NCBI GenBank assembly: GCA_905234655.1
Contig: CAJOJG010000001.1
Coordinates: forward strand, 29,975-93,974
Direction: 5' to 3'
DNA from: an uncultured Bacteroidales bacterium
GTDB lineage: Bacteria > Bacteroidota > Bacteroidia > Bacteroidales > UBA3824
Length of the DNA stretch: 64,000 bases
Position numbers and translations under genes: made by a program. Of the stretch, positions 54,301-63,809 are shown in pieces (position 1 is the stretch's first letter; the number at the start of each line of letters is the position of its first letter). A model generated the notes under the pieces. It had not been told where the DNA came from, did not search any database, and saw only the letters and a program-made list of their open reading frames with translations.

Positions 54301-55062
54301 AAGGACGAGGTCGGACAGCTCGTGACGGAGTACAACAACATGGTCGAAAAGCTCGACGAGTCCGCCAAACTCCTCGCCAAGGGCGAGCGTGAAAGCGCAT
54401 GGCGCGAGATGGCCAAGCAGATTGCGCACGAAATTAAGAACCCGCTGACGCCGATGAAGCTCAGCATCCAGTTCCTCACACGCTCCTGGAAGGCTAAAAA
54501 TCCCGACTTTGAGAATGTCCTGGAGCGCGTTTCGAGCACGCTTATACAGCAAATCGACACCCTGTCGTCCATCGCCACCGGGTTCTCCAACTTTGCCAAG
54601 CTGCCGCAGCCGGACGCGAAGCCGCTTAATATCGTGGAGGTAATCGACAATGTCGTACTGCTGTACCACACCGTCGAGAACGCCGACATCACGTCCGACA
54701 TGGGCGGCCACAAGGAGGTCATCGTCATGGCTGACAAGGAGCAGATGACCCGCGTGTTCGTCAATATAATCAAGAACGCCACACAGGCCATTCCCGAGGG
54801 CGTGCGCGGCAAGATTCACGTGTCGTTAGAGGTTGGCGACGAGAAAATCACCGCCCGCATCGCCGACAATGGCTGTGGCATTCCCGACGAAATCCGCGAG
54901 AAGCTCTTCACGCCTAATTTCACGACAAAGAGCAGCGGCTCCGGCCTCGGCCTCGCGATGGTAAAGAACATGGTCATCAACGCCAAGGGCGAGATTACAT
55001 TCGAATCCGAAGTCGGAAAAGGCACGACCTTCATCATCACCCTGCCAAAGGCGAGGGTATAA
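51370..55062 (+). CDS. Large multi-pass membrane sensor histidine kinase (HAMP, NtrY-like HisKA, HATPase_c)
   Basis: 1230 aa. GTG at 51370 is the only start codon after the in-frame stop at 51337, and it retains the first TM helix. There are many TM helices in residues 1-480 and 700-960. The H-box is AKQIAHEIKNPLTPM, the N box is IIKNATQA, and the G boxes are DNGCGI and GSGLGLAM. Confidence 0.85.
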   Translation: MKEKFLKIQFLVYAVLLFVAAAMLESMLGGFGSLKIDPDKVQAALHEKERTLDGILSDMRDDAENGGKFVKENSVWMYDRDLEYLKDDGFAVFIYESDTLRYWSDNSVSLDKLFSKTGINNTMHSLANGWYEIRTLKSGNTLYLGLILIKNEYKHSNKYLVNNFGPGFGLDPSLRVALMPMSYGIDITDSRGDYIFTIVPTNSIDLDNSRSNIAGVLFLLSLAMLMLYIKSIIASLTAEEGNSAKIIGIIALVVAARIMFRMLKIPANVYSLDFFDPVYFADDSIFSTIGDFITNMTVLLFLLHYVSLLAEYMKFKEWIDNNTTTGKYLTWAAMVAVYFLVFGYLYAVTRRLVGESQISFQLTNVMTLDIFSFSGIMVMSLLTATIIYAAVSMARYFDYSPITNLRRSLLVYLGAAVLLSAIVWAVSNLLAGLGVMCALLMLGTAMYMTYRDTEPTVYKYIFMLFICAMFSCALIIVTGEEKADKQCSELASSPSDYGDPVAELLLAGISEDIGKDEIVPDYINPADSNKMYDYLLHQYFNGYWTRYYLNVKILESSNGNFSDIADPFVKAVNTRGAIVNTTAFYLVANNDGAISYYAPFKYNINGQWYFVCVALDRKPVPQEIGYPSLLIDSKVKPSEVEGYDYVRYHRGSKVSQNGNFSYDMTDRVFEHGFEGTDDTIRIMKFDGYVHTVYHKGDNTVAISRKQVTFVDYVVQLAYLFMIYIVWMMVYMIIDKLVHRDYKFRYQIKTKLILSITLIMLLAFVSICAGTVYLNIVKFRAQNNKGMEEKVSSVYVQLEQLCGDTLEFSSRWAPTKVRKMDEILTNMSHVFFTDVNLYGVDGEMIACSRPEIFRDGLISSRINRTAFQRFIIDRKSAFSHEEHIGRMSFASAYIPFYNNSEKLVGYINLPYFTKPEELERELSTIIVSILNLYVVLMMISIMTGVIISERIVQPIKLIQSKMETIELGKNYEKIDYDRKDEVGQLVTEYNNMVEKLDESAKLLAKGERESAWREMAKQIAHEIKNPLTPMKLSIQFLTRSWKAKNPDFENVLERVSSTLIQQIDTLSSIATGFSNFAKLPQPDAKPLNIVEVIDNVVLLYHTVENADITSDMGGHKEVIVMADKEQMTRVFVNIIKNATQAIPEGVRGKIHVSLEVGDEKITARIADNGCGIPDEIREKLFTPNFTTKSSGSGLGLAMVKNMVINAKGEITFESEVGKGTTFIITLPKARV

Positions 55063-55072
55063 TGGAAGAAAA

Positions 55073-55117
55073 AAAATCCCCCTGCCAACAGTACGCTGTA
55101 CGTGGCAGGGGGATTTT
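55073..55117. terminator. Bidirectional intrinsic terminator
   Basis: AAAATCCCCCTGCCA (55073-55087) pairs with TGGCAGGGGGATTTT (55103-55117). An A-run and a T-run flank the stem. It lies between convergent genes. Confidence 0.85.
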
Positions 55118-55156
55118 CATTTTAGATTCTGAGTGTCCAAAACAACTATCTTTTAC

Positions 55157-57163
55157 TTACTCCTTTTCTCCGTATGTAATCTTGGTGATAGCAGTGTTAC
55201 CCTCACCATAGATGTAAAGATTTTTAAGTGTAGCCAACTGTTCAGCAGTGAGTTTAAATGCCCAAACCACCTCTTCACCAGGAGCAACCTGCGAGAAATT
55301 GTATTGAGGCCAATTTGCATCTTCATTCCACTGGTCGACCCTAAATCCGAGGTAACTCCATGCAGGATCATTAGACAACTGCTTCATATAAATCTTTACA
55401 AGGCCACCAACTTCGAGGTCGGAAAGGTCCGCATCCAAGAAAAATCCAGCTTTGCCAGCATCCCAACCTAATGTACTCTCGCCCGACCACAAAACCATTA
55501 CGCTTGAAGCGACTTTAATAGAGAACGACTTGTCAACTTGGTCGCCATCGTATGTAAGAGCAATATCATACGCTCCTTCTTCCAAAGCGGCCGGCACATT
55601 GATGAATACGTTATTATTATCCTGCACGGAAAATGCGGCGTTTACTCCACCAATCTCAATTTTGTTAATCTTGTCGAAATTAGCACCATTGACAAAAATG
55701 GATGTACCACCTTCAGCATTTTTGGGCAAATTGAGGAAGAATGGGCGGGACGGCGCACCTGCCCAAACACTTTGTTTAACTGTCGCACCATTAGTGGCAG
55801 CCGTGACAAAGCCATCGGCAGTCCATGTTCCAGATGCACCAGCAGCTTGAGAAACGACAAAATAGTCAGCAGACGTCCCATCGTCATTTACCTTAATATC
55901 CGTGGCGTTGAAACCATTAACAGCAATCGCGCTTAAGTATTGCAAGTTAACACCACTAATCGTAGAAGTCAGACCACAATTTACATTGACCTGCTGTCCC
56001 GGTTCAGGATTTTCTGTACCATAAATAAGGAAAGGAACGATATTCAAATCTTTGCTGATTGTTGTACCGTTGTCAGTTACGAATGTCGCGCCGTTTTGTG
56101 CTTCTGCGGCAAGTTTGACTGTAAGCGAATTATGGTCGTCCGCAACTGTAATATCCTCTTCAGATACAGACAAAGAGCCTAACGAAACCGATGTGATAAG
56201 GTCGAGGTCTGTGCCTTTGAAAGTGACACTCTGTCCAAGCAGGTAATAATCCAAACCATCAGGATACACCACATCCTCGACTACAGGATTTACAAGGGCG
56301 ATAGAACCCGCCTTGATGTTAATTTCAGATGCAGGGATGATGTAGAAGTCGCCAGCCTTGGTAGTGGCGGGGACTGTGAAAGTAATCGCAGTTTCCGACT
56401 GGGAATCAAAATCGACAACCTCGGAGCCTTGGAAGCTTACTGTTTTTACCAAATCCAAATCCTTGCCATTGATTATGATTTTATCAACGCCGGGTTTATA
56501 GTCCTTAGCCTCCACCTCTGTGACAGACGGCAACGCCAAACTGATTTTTTCCGAAGCATAGACAGTCACATCGCCATCCGATACACCTACAGTGCCGGAC
56601 TGCGCCGCCTCAGGAACTTTAACGACGATTTCAGTATTAGACTGGCTTACGAAATCCGCCTGTTCGACAATCTGGTTGGATGTAAACACGACAGACTGTA
56701 CAAGAGAGAGATATTCGCCTGTGATGGTTACTTCTTGACCCGCCTTTGCAGATAGCGGCGCGAATTTATCGATTACAAGGCTACCCACCTTAATGGACAC
56801 CTTGGTTTCGATGATGGAACCGTCAGACAGCTTAATCTTGACGGGCCCCGACACGAGATTCCTGTCTTGAGGCAGCGTCACTTCGAAATGAGAGTCAGAC
56901 ACCTCCTTGAAATCGGAGCGGGAAATCTCTATACCACTGCCATCAAGCGACGGAAGTATAACGGAAGCAACCGAGCCGAGTTTCTGTCCATTGACTTTCA
57001 GGTTTTCACCTCTTTCAAGGTTGCCTGGACCTACAGTCCAAATTTGCGTTCCATCGTCATCGTCATCGTCCTTGCAGCCAGAGAATAACACTCCCACAGC
57101 AAGCAATGCGCACAACGAAAAAACAAACGCAAATCTTGTATGCTTATTATTAATTGATTGCAT
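55157..57163 (-). CDS. Surface lipoprotein with multiple IPT/TIG-like Ig domains and a C-terminal CBM-like domain (SusE/F-position glycan-binding protein)
   Basis: 668 aa. The lipobox is LFSGC, followed by KDDDDDDG. Ig-like units of about 80 aa are repeated (GQEVTITGEYL, VKVPEAAQSGTVGV, FTVPATTKAGDFYI and others). It is the last gene of the SusC/SusD operon. Confidence 0.7.
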   Translation of the reverse strand: MQSINNKHTRFAFVFSLCALLAVGVLFSGCKDDDDDDGTQIWTVGPGNLERGENLKVNGQKLGSVASVILPSLDGSGIEISRSDFKEVSDSHFEVTLPQDRNLVSGPVKIKLSDGSIIETKVSIKVGSLVIDKFAPLSAKAGQEVTITGEYLSLVQSVVFTSNQIVEQADFVSQSNTEIVVKVPEAAQSGTVGVSDGDVTVYASEKISLALPSVTEVEAKDYKPGVDKIIINGKDLDLVKTVSFQGSEVVDFDSQSETAITFTVPATTKAGDFYIIPASEINIKAGSIALVNPVVEDVVYPDGLDYYLLGQSVTFKGTDLDLITSVSLGSLSVSEEDITVADDHNSLTVKLAAEAQNGATFVTDNGTTISKDLNIVPFLIYGTENPEPGQQVNVNCGLTSTISGVNLQYLSAIAVNGFNATDIKVNDDGTSADYFVVSQAAGASGTWTADGFVTAATNGATVKQSVWAGAPSRPFFLNLPKNAEGGTSIFVNGANFDKINKIEIGGVNAAFSVQDNNNVFINVPAALEEGAYDIALTYDGDQVDKSFSIKVASSVMVLWSGESTLGWDAGKAGFFLDADLSDLEVGGLVKIYMKQLSNDPAWSYLGFRVDQWNEDANWPQYNFSQVAPGEEVVWAFKLTAEQLATLKNLYIYGEGNTAITKITYGEKE

Positions 57164-57190
57164 GATTAGTGAAGTTTTTGTGATTAAATT

Positions 57191-58492
57191 CTAATATTGG
57201 GCTACACGAATATTGTCGATATAGATAATCGGATAGCACTCTGTACCAGATGTTTCGCCGCTCCAAATGAACATAGTCAGGCTTGCGAAGTCCGCCGATG
57301 AAGTGAGAGTTTGGGCAGGAGAAGTCCCTGTCTGTCCGTAGGTGAAACTGCTGAACGGCACTGTCACAGTAATCCACTTGTCGTCGGTATCAAAAGAACC
57401 GCCATTGTCCTTCCACGGATTATAGTGGGCTCGTGCCAGGTTCTCGCCTTGGAAGTGAGCGTTATTGGCACCGGCGCTCTGTCCGCCGTTGCCCGAGAGC
57501 GATACGGTCTTGACACCTGCGAATATGATTTGCATAGACAAGTTAGCCCAAGGATTAGATTTCGGGATGTACATCTCGAACTTGAGGCACATGTTTTTCC
57601 AATCGCTGAAATCAGCGACATTATAGAGAGCCTTGCCCTGACCTTCCTGATCGAACACCTCGGGGTCGTCCCAGGAACCTGCCCAGTACTCGAATGAGAA
57701 GTGTCCGTCATCCCATGTGTTGTCTTCCAGTTTTGCCGAACCGTCGCCCAACTGGAGGCAGTTGCCTGCGATTGCGCCATCGAAGGTCACAACCTTTTGC
57801 GGATGCCATCCTTGTTGTTCAAGGCCTTCGTCAAAATTGAACAAGATGCCTTCGTTTTCCATTAGGTTGAACGATGACTTTCCCGAACCAAACGCAGAGC
57901 TTATCCTGATTGGGCCTTTAACCACGCCTTCAGGAACAGTGACCTTAAGCTCGTTTTCCGATACATAGGTGAATGGCACGTCTCCCACACCCGGGAATGA
58001 CACAGAGAGCTGGTCGTCATCTTTGAAAAAGCCTGAGCCAAGGATGGTCATCTCGTCACCGGCCTTTGGATATTCGATTGAGGCAGTGAGGATTCTTGGA
58101 GCGGTCTTATTGACCGGCAGATAGTATTGGACTCTCTGTCCACCACGAGTTATCAAGGTCAGCGAATCGTTCTGAACGGTCCATGATGATGTGGGAACCG
58201 TGACAATGATGCAGTTGTCGGTTACGTATGTCGGGACTACGAGAGCCTTCTGGTCATTGAACAGAATCTGGTTGACATCTTCGAATCCACTGCCCATTAC
58301 GGCGATAGTCTGTCCCATCGAGACACGTTCCATCAGCGAATCGGCGACATTAGCATCGGTAGGCCTTATGTACTGAACGACAGGAGTAGCGTCGTCATCG
58401 TCGTCATCGCAACTTGAGAAAGTGACCAAGCCCAAGGCCATCACCCCCGCCATCGCGAACGCCGGCAATTTATGTTTTATAAAGTAATACAT
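57191..58492 (-). CDS. Surface lipoprotein with IPT/TIG domains and a C-terminal glycan-binding-like domain
   Basis: 433 aa. The lipobox is TFSSC, followed by DDDDDDA. IPT-like units include GQTIAVMGSGFEDVNQILFND...IIVTVP and GDEMTILGSGF...LKVTVPEGVVKGPIRI. It lies directly downstream of susD. Confidence 0.7.
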   Translation of the reverse strand: MYYFIKHKLPAFAMAGVMALGLVTFSSCDDDDDDATPVVQYIRPTDANVADSLMERVSMGQTIAVMGSGFEDVNQILFNDQKALVVPTYVTDNCIIVTVPTSSWTVQNDSLTLITRGGQRVQYYLPVNKTAPRILTASIEYPKAGDEMTILGSGFFKDDDQLSVSFPGVGDVPFTYVSENELKVTVPEGVVKGPIRISSAFGSGKSSFNLMENEGILFNFDEGLEQQGWHPQKVVTFDGAIAGNCLQLGDGSAKLEDNTWDDGHFSFEYWAGSWDDPEVFDQEGQGKALYNVADFSDWKNMCLKFEMYIPKSNPWANLSMQIIFAGVKTVSLSGNGGQSAGANNAHFQGENLARAHYNPWKDNGGSFDTDDKWITVTVPFSSFTYGQTGTSPAQTLTSSADFASLTMFIWSGETSGTECYPIIYIDNIRVAQY

Positions 58493-58514
58493 AATCTGAT
58501 TCTAATTTAATGGT

Positions 58515-60428
58515 TTACAATTCTGCAAAATTTTCTTTTTTGTAATAGTCGACAGTGCCATCAAAATTGTACGTCTGCACATCCTTGCCAAGATTGGGAT
58601 TGGCGACGACATCTGACGAGGGGAACGGAAGACGGAATTTCTTGTCACCCGCACCGCTGATTACCTGGGTAAGTTTGATGGAAGTCAGAGTGATGTCGTT
58701 GATGGTGGTCTTGTACTTGATTGGATCGATTCCATACACACCTTTCAAGGCATCGCCGCCATAATATCCACGCTCCTGGGCAAGGATTTTTGAAGTAGCT
58801 CCCGCGACATCGTAATCGGCGAGACGAACAAAGTCAAACCAGTTGTCGCCCTCGAATGCGAGTTCGCGACGACGTTCGTCCATAAGTTCGTTTAGTGTGA
58901 TGACGCCGCTATGCTCTGATGCATGGGCACGCTTCCTCACGTCATTGAAGTATTTGAGAGCCGTGGCATCTGATGTCGAGCGGGCATCGCCAGTGGCAGC
59001 CGGCGGCATGCAGGCCTCTACGTATACCAGATATACGTCAGACAGACGGAGAAGATGGGTCGGCATCGCGCCGCACATGCCGTTTGACGACACGCCGTTG
59101 TCCTCAGCCTTGTGGTCTTCAGAGTTGCCATAGACAGTCTTGAATCCCGCTTGTGCGCCAGTCGGCGAGTTGAAGAGGTCTGTGGTCGCGTCTGACCCGG
59201 CAAAACGGTTGCAGGTGTTGTAATCGTTGTCGTCGTTGTTGACAAATCCTTCCTTGTCGCGCCACCAGTTCCAGTAGTAGTCGCCGTACATGGACATTGT
59301 AACTTGGCGACGTACATCAACATTGCCATTTCTCGTAACAGTAAAGGTCGCCACGTCTTTCTCCTTGTCGTAATTGTCCTTGATTTCATTTGGGTCGGCG
59401 ACGTATGCGTATGCCGACGCCATGATGGATGCAGGTCTTGTTACGTCAACATCGAAAAGCTTTTGGAGTTCCAGAGAAGGACCGCCCCACTGTCCCCAAC
59501 CGTTGCCCGTGCCGCCGAAGATGGCAGCTACGAAGTCAGGCTGGCACCAGTTGTTGATAGTCCAACGAGCAGCGGACACCGCCCAGTGAAGAGTAATGAG
59601 CCCCTCCTGACATTTGCTGCCGGTGGACATTCTGAATATGTCTTCATAGTTTTCCATGAGGCTGCGTCCTGACTCTTCGATTACGTTTTTGGCGTGTTCC
59701 TTTGCTTTTTCGAGTATCGCGGCATTCAAAGAACCGTCCTTGGATGCCGCTGCCTGGAGGTACACCTTCGCAAGGAGGCCTTCGGCGGAGTAATAGTCGA
59801 TTCTGCCGTCTTCGCCGTTCTTCTTCGGCAGGAGTTCCATTGCGTGAAGGAGCGTGTTGATGATGTAGTCGTAGACATCCTGCTCGCGGTATTTGTAGAG
59901 TTCGAATGATGACTTAGAGTCGATTACGTCCTGTGTGCTGTGTATGATGGGAATTGCCCCCCATGCGCGCACGAGATAGAAGTAGGCCATGCACTTTATG
60001 ACCATCGCTTCGCCAATGCACTGGTTCTTCACCGTTTCAGAAACACCGCCTTCAGCCTTTTCGATGTAGAAAATGGTTGTGTTACAGTGGGAAATAACAA
60101 GCCAGAGCGCATTGGAAGCATCAGCAAGGTCGGCTTGTGAGGCATTGAACGCCATTGTGTAGAATACGTCCTTGTCTCCTGCCATCCAGTTTCCAGAGAG
60201 TTTGTCACCGATGTTGTATATGCCGCGCAGATAATCGTTCCACGGCGAGGCATACAATGTGTTGACAGCCGCAAGACACTGGTCGTCGTTTTTGAAGTAG
60301 TCGCTTACTGTGAACGAGTCTTCCGTAGGACGGTCAAGAAAATCCTCGCACGACTGGAACGTCAACGCCGCGGCAAGGAGTCCAAGGCCTGCCAGTTTGT
60401 GTATATTGTGTTTTTTCATTTTGTTCAC
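58515..60428 (-). CDS. SusD/RagB-family nutrient-binding outer-membrane lipoprotein
   Basis: 637 aa. The lipobox is LTFQSC. It has a TPR-like helical N-terminal half (NALWLVISHCN, YFYLVRAWGAIPI) and the typical RRRELAFEGDNWFDFVRL motif. It is adjacent to susC. Confidence 0.9.
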   Translation of the reverse strand: MNKMKKHNIHKLAGLGLLAAALTFQSCEDFLDRPTEDSFTVSDYFKNDDQCLAAVNTLYASPWNDYLRGIYNIGDKLSGNWMAGDKDVFYTMAFNASQADLADASNALWLVISHCNTTIFYIEKAEGGVSETVKNQCIGEAMVIKCMAYFYLVRAWGAIPIIHSTQDVIDSKSSFELYKYREQDVYDYIINTLLHAMELLPKKNGEDGRIDYYSAEGLLAKVYLQAAASKDGSLNAAILEKAKEHAKNVIEESGRSLMENYEDIFRMSTGSKCQEGLITLHWAVSAARWTINNWCQPDFVAAIFGGTGNGWGQWGGPSLELQKLFDVDVTRPASIMASAYAYVADPNEIKDNYDKEKDVATFTVTRNGNVDVRRQVTMSMYGDYYWNWWRDKEGFVNNDDNDYNTCNRFAGSDATTDLFNSPTGAQAGFKTVYGNSEDHKAEDNGVSSNGMCGAMPTHLLRLSDVYLVYVEACMPPAATGDARSTSDATALKYFNDVRKRAHASEHSGVITLNELMDERRRELAFEGDNWFDFVRLADYDVAGATSKILAQERGYYGGDALKGVYGIDPIKYKTTINDITLTSIKLTQVISGAGDKKFRLPFPSSDVVANPNLGKDVQTYNFDGTVDYYKKENFAEL

Positions 60429-60445
60429 TTTGCTTAAATGTTTGA

Positions 60446-63400
60446 TTAAAATGCAATGTTGAGACCGAAAGACAAAATGCGTGGGGTCGGGTAACGACCG
60501 TTGTCAACACCTATCACGTAGTCAGATGTCGAGCTTGTGCCGATTTCGGGGTCCAATCCACTGTACTTGGTGAACGTGTACAGGTTACTTACAGTTGCAG
60601 ATACCTTTACTGAACTAATGTTCCACTTGCTAATCAATGACTTTGGCAGGTTATAAGCCAAAGAGAGAGACTTGATTTTGAGGTATGAGCCGTCCTCTAC
60701 ATAACGGTCCGAGAGTCGCTGGTTGTTAGCCGGGTCGCCGACAACAGCGCGCGGCACGTCAGTACCAGAATTGAGCACTTTCACATTAGTCGGGTCTTCC
60801 TGCCAGCTGTTGATGGCGATCGGATTGCCATTAGCATCGTTATAGCCATCTACCGTGGTGGGATAGGTCTTTGTATCGTCGATGCACACGAGCTGCGCGT
60901 GGTCAAGCACGTCTTTGGTCTGGTTAATCCAAACATTGCTCATGGAGTTAAGGCGGCGGCCATTATAGTTGAAGATGTCGTTGCCATACGAGAATGTCAG
61001 GAACAGCCCGAGTTCAAATCCTTTGTAAGAGAAATTGTTGGTAAGGCCGCCTGTGAACTTCGGGTTCGGGTTGCCTATTACGGTCAAGTCATCTTCATTT
61101 ATGACGCCGTCGCCATTGATGTCCTCGTACTTGAGGTCGCCAACCCACACTCCGTTATAGCGGCTGATGCTTTTGGTGTAAGATACGGTTTTATTACCAT
61201 TCTCGTCGATTGATATGTTACCGTCACGGGCACTATTGAGAAGGTCGTTATAGTCCTGGTATACACCGGCAACCTTATATCCGTAGAACTGGTAGAGCGA
61301 GTTGCCTTCCTGCGAAATGGCAATCTGGTCTGTCCACTGTCCAACGCCGAATATTGCCGAATTTCCAGAGCCGCTAAGCGAAACGAGTTCGTTCTTGTTG
61401 AACGAGAGCTGCAAGTCTGTAGTCCACTTGAAGCCTCTCTTGTTGATATTAGTGGTATTGATGGTAAATTCAACACCCTTATTGTCGATTTCGCCGAAGT
61501 TACCCGATGGTGCTTTAAGTACTGCCGAGCCATTACCCGATGTACCCATGTATGAAGGCAACTGCATGGTCATCAACATGTCCTTGGAGACCTTTTTATA
61601 AAACTCGACGATAAGATTGAACCTGTCCTTTAAGAAACTCAAGTCGAGGCCGAGGTTCCAAGACTCTTGGGTCTCCCAGCCAACTGTCTCATTTGGTATG
61701 TTGGTAATCTGGTATGTGGCGCCAAGTCCATTGACATCACTTGAGCCGGACGCGCCCCAAAGGTACGAGCCGATATTGTCATTGCCGACTTGACCCCAGC
61801 CGAGACGCAAACGGGCCGTCGATATTTTTGCAGACTCCAGATAAGACGAGAGGAACTCTTCCTTGTGGGCGTTCCACGAAGCCGAAACCGAATGGAAGTT
61901 GCCCCAACGATTTTCAGGTCCGAAATTAGAGGATGCGTCGCGCCTGTATGTGTATGTCATGTTGTACTTTCCATCGTAGCTGTAGTTAAGACGGCCGAAC
62001 AGCGATACTCGCGAGCCGGAACCGTGGCCGGAACCGATAGTCTGGTTTTCACCGAGTTTAGGCTCTTGAATGTCATTGGATTCAAGATTGACAGCAGAAC
62101 CAGCCATATACTCCCACGTGGATTCGGACGTTTCTTGTCCAAACATTGCAGTGATACTATGGACATCAAACAAAGTCTTGGTGTATGTTATGTAGTTTTT
62201 CACTTCCCAATAAAGACTCTTGTTGCTCTGGTGGCGGATTTCGTTTTGAGCCTTGGAGAACGAACCGTATGAGATGTAGGGTTCGAAGTGGTAAGCGTTT
62301 GACCACAGGTAATCCGTATTATACTCGGTACGGAGTGTCAGTCCTTCCATGAACTTTATTTCAGCGAAAAGATTGCTTACAAGGTCATAACGCATGAGTT
62401 TGTTGTTGTCGCTGAGAGCCTGCTCAAGCGGGTTACGTCCGCCCTGGCCTTCTTTTGTTCCATTAGCCCAAGAACCATCCACATAATAGATAGGAATATC
62501 AGGTGTCCTTTGGTATGCCATGGAGAGAATACCGTCTTCAGAGTTTGTAAGTCCAAGATGGTCTTCTGACCTCGCGAATGAAGTGTTAGTGCCGACCTTC
62601 AACCAGTTTGTAAGATTAGCATCGAGATTAACACGTGTAGTAAAACGCTCGTAGCTCGACCCCTCCATTGTACCTTCCTGGTCGTAGTATCCTACAGAAA
62701 TATAATAACGAGCCATGTCGTTACCGCCCGATGCGCTTAACTGGTGCGACTGCATCTGCGCCGTGCGGAATACTGCATCCTGCCAGTCTGTACCATCGCC
62801 AAGGAGCGACGGGTCGAGAAGACTTGCGTCAGGTTGTGCAATGATGCCCTCGGCATAAAGCTGGTTCTGATATTGAGCGAACTCGCGGAGATTCATGACA
62901 TCAAGCGTGGTCGCCTGCTTGGAAATTCCGTATGTTCCGTTGTAATTGAAGTTGGCTTTGCCTTTCTTTCCTTTTTTGGTGGTGATGAGCACGACGCCGT
63001 TAGCAGCACGCGAACCGTAGATAGCCGTCGCGGAAGCGTCTTTCAAGATTTCCATCGACTCGATGTCGTCGGGGTTGAGGTTAGAAAGGCCGGAGAATGT
63101 ACCATTACCATTACCAAGAGCATCGCCAAGACCGACGTCAGCGCCTGACTGCGATATGTTCTGGATTGGCACACCATCCACGACGTAGAGCGGCTGCGAA
63201 TTTTTGAGCGAAAGTGTACCGTTACCACGGATACTAACGTTCATGCCGCCGCCAGGCTGACCCGAGTTGGCAGTAATCTGTACGCCGGCGGCTTTGCCCT
63301 GTAGTGCTTGGTCGATACCAGAGCCTACAAAACCCTCTATGTCGTCGGCTCCTACAGTGATCGACGAGCCGGAGACGTCGGATTTTTTCATCGTGCCGTA

Positions 63401-63745
63401 GCCGACGACTACGATTTCGTCAATCTCCTTCGTGTCCTCCTTGAGGGTCACGTTAAGGGGAGACTGGCTCGCGGGATACTCCTCGGTCGTGTAGCCAATG
63501 TATGAAAACTCTATCGTGGCGTTTGAGTTTTGAACATTGAGGTTGAAGTTGCCGTCGATGTCGGAGATTGTGCCGTTTGTAGTACCCTTTTCGATGATAC
63601 TTACGCCCGGCAGCCCCATTCCGCCTTCGTCGACAACCTTTCCACTTACCGTTTTTTGTGCAAAGGCTCCCGTGGCACTCAGCACAAGCAAGCCCACCAT
63701 CACAAGCAGGCCGCGCAGTAAGAAGTGTTTTAGATCTTTTCTCAT
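60446..63745 (-). CDS. SusC/RagA-family TonB-dependent outer-membrane transporter
   Basis: 1099 aa with a signal peptide. The CarbopepD_reg domain is VSGKVVDEGGMGLPGVSIIEKGTTNGTISDIDGNFNL. The TonB box is DEIVVVGYG and the plug region is IESMEILKDASATAIYGSRAANGVVLITTKKG. The barrel terminus is SFGLNIAF. Confidence 0.93.
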   Translation of the reverse strand: MRKDLKHFLLRGLLVMVGLLVLSATGAFAQKTVSGKVVDEGGMGLPGVSIIEKGTTNGTISDIDGNFNLNVQNSNATIEFSYIGYTTEEYPASQSPLNVTLKEDTKEIDEIVVVGYGTMKKSDVSGSSITVGADDIEGFVGSGIDQALQGKAAGVQITANSGQPGGGMNVSIRGNGTLSLKNSQPLYVVDGVPIQNISQSGADVGLGDALGNGNGTFSGLSNLNPDDIESMEILKDASATAIYGSRAANGVVLITTKKGKKGKANFNYNGTYGISKQATTLDVMNLREFAQYQNQLYAEGIIAQPDASLLDPSLLGDGTDWQDAVFRTAQMQSHQLSASGGNDMARYYISVGYYDQEGTMEGSSYERFTTRVNLDANLTNWLKVGTNTSFARSEDHLGLTNSEDGILSMAYQRTPDIPIYYVDGSWANGTKEGQGGRNPLEQALSDNNKLMRYDLVSNLFAEIKFMEGLTLRTEYNTDYLWSNAYHFEPYISYGSFSKAQNEIRHQSNKSLYWEVKNYITYTKTLFDVHSITAMFGQETSESTWEYMAGSAVNLESNDIQEPKLGENQTIGSGHGSGSRVSLFGRLNYSYDGKYNMTYTYRRDASSNFGPENRWGNFHSVSASWNAHKEEFLSSYLESAKISTARLRLGWGQVGNDNIGSYLWGASGSSDVNGLGATYQITNIPNETVGWETQESWNLGLDLSFLKDRFNLIVEFYKKVSKDMLMTMQLPSYMGTSGNGSAVLKAPSGNFGEIDNKGVEFTINTTNINKRGFKWTTDLQLSFNKNELVSLSGSGNSAIFGVGQWTDQIAISQEGNSLYQFYGYKVAGVYQDYNDLLNSARDGNISIDENGNKTVSYTKSISRYNGVWVGDLKYEDINGDGVINEDDLTVIGNPNPKFTGGLTNNFSYKGFELGLFLTFSYGNDIFNYNGRRLNSMSNVWINQTKDVLDHAQLVCIDDTKTYPTTVDGYNDANGNPIAINSWQEDPTNVKVLNSGTDVPRAVVGDPANNQRLSDRYVEDGSYLKIKSLSLAYNLPKSLISKWNISSVKVSATVSNLYTFTKYSGLDPEIGTSSTSDYVIGVDNGRYPTPRILSFGLNIAF

Positions 63746-63809
63746 GTAAATACTTAAATTTAGTTAAACGAAATTTAGTGAAAATTAGTAGTTAATCGAG
63801 CCGGACTCG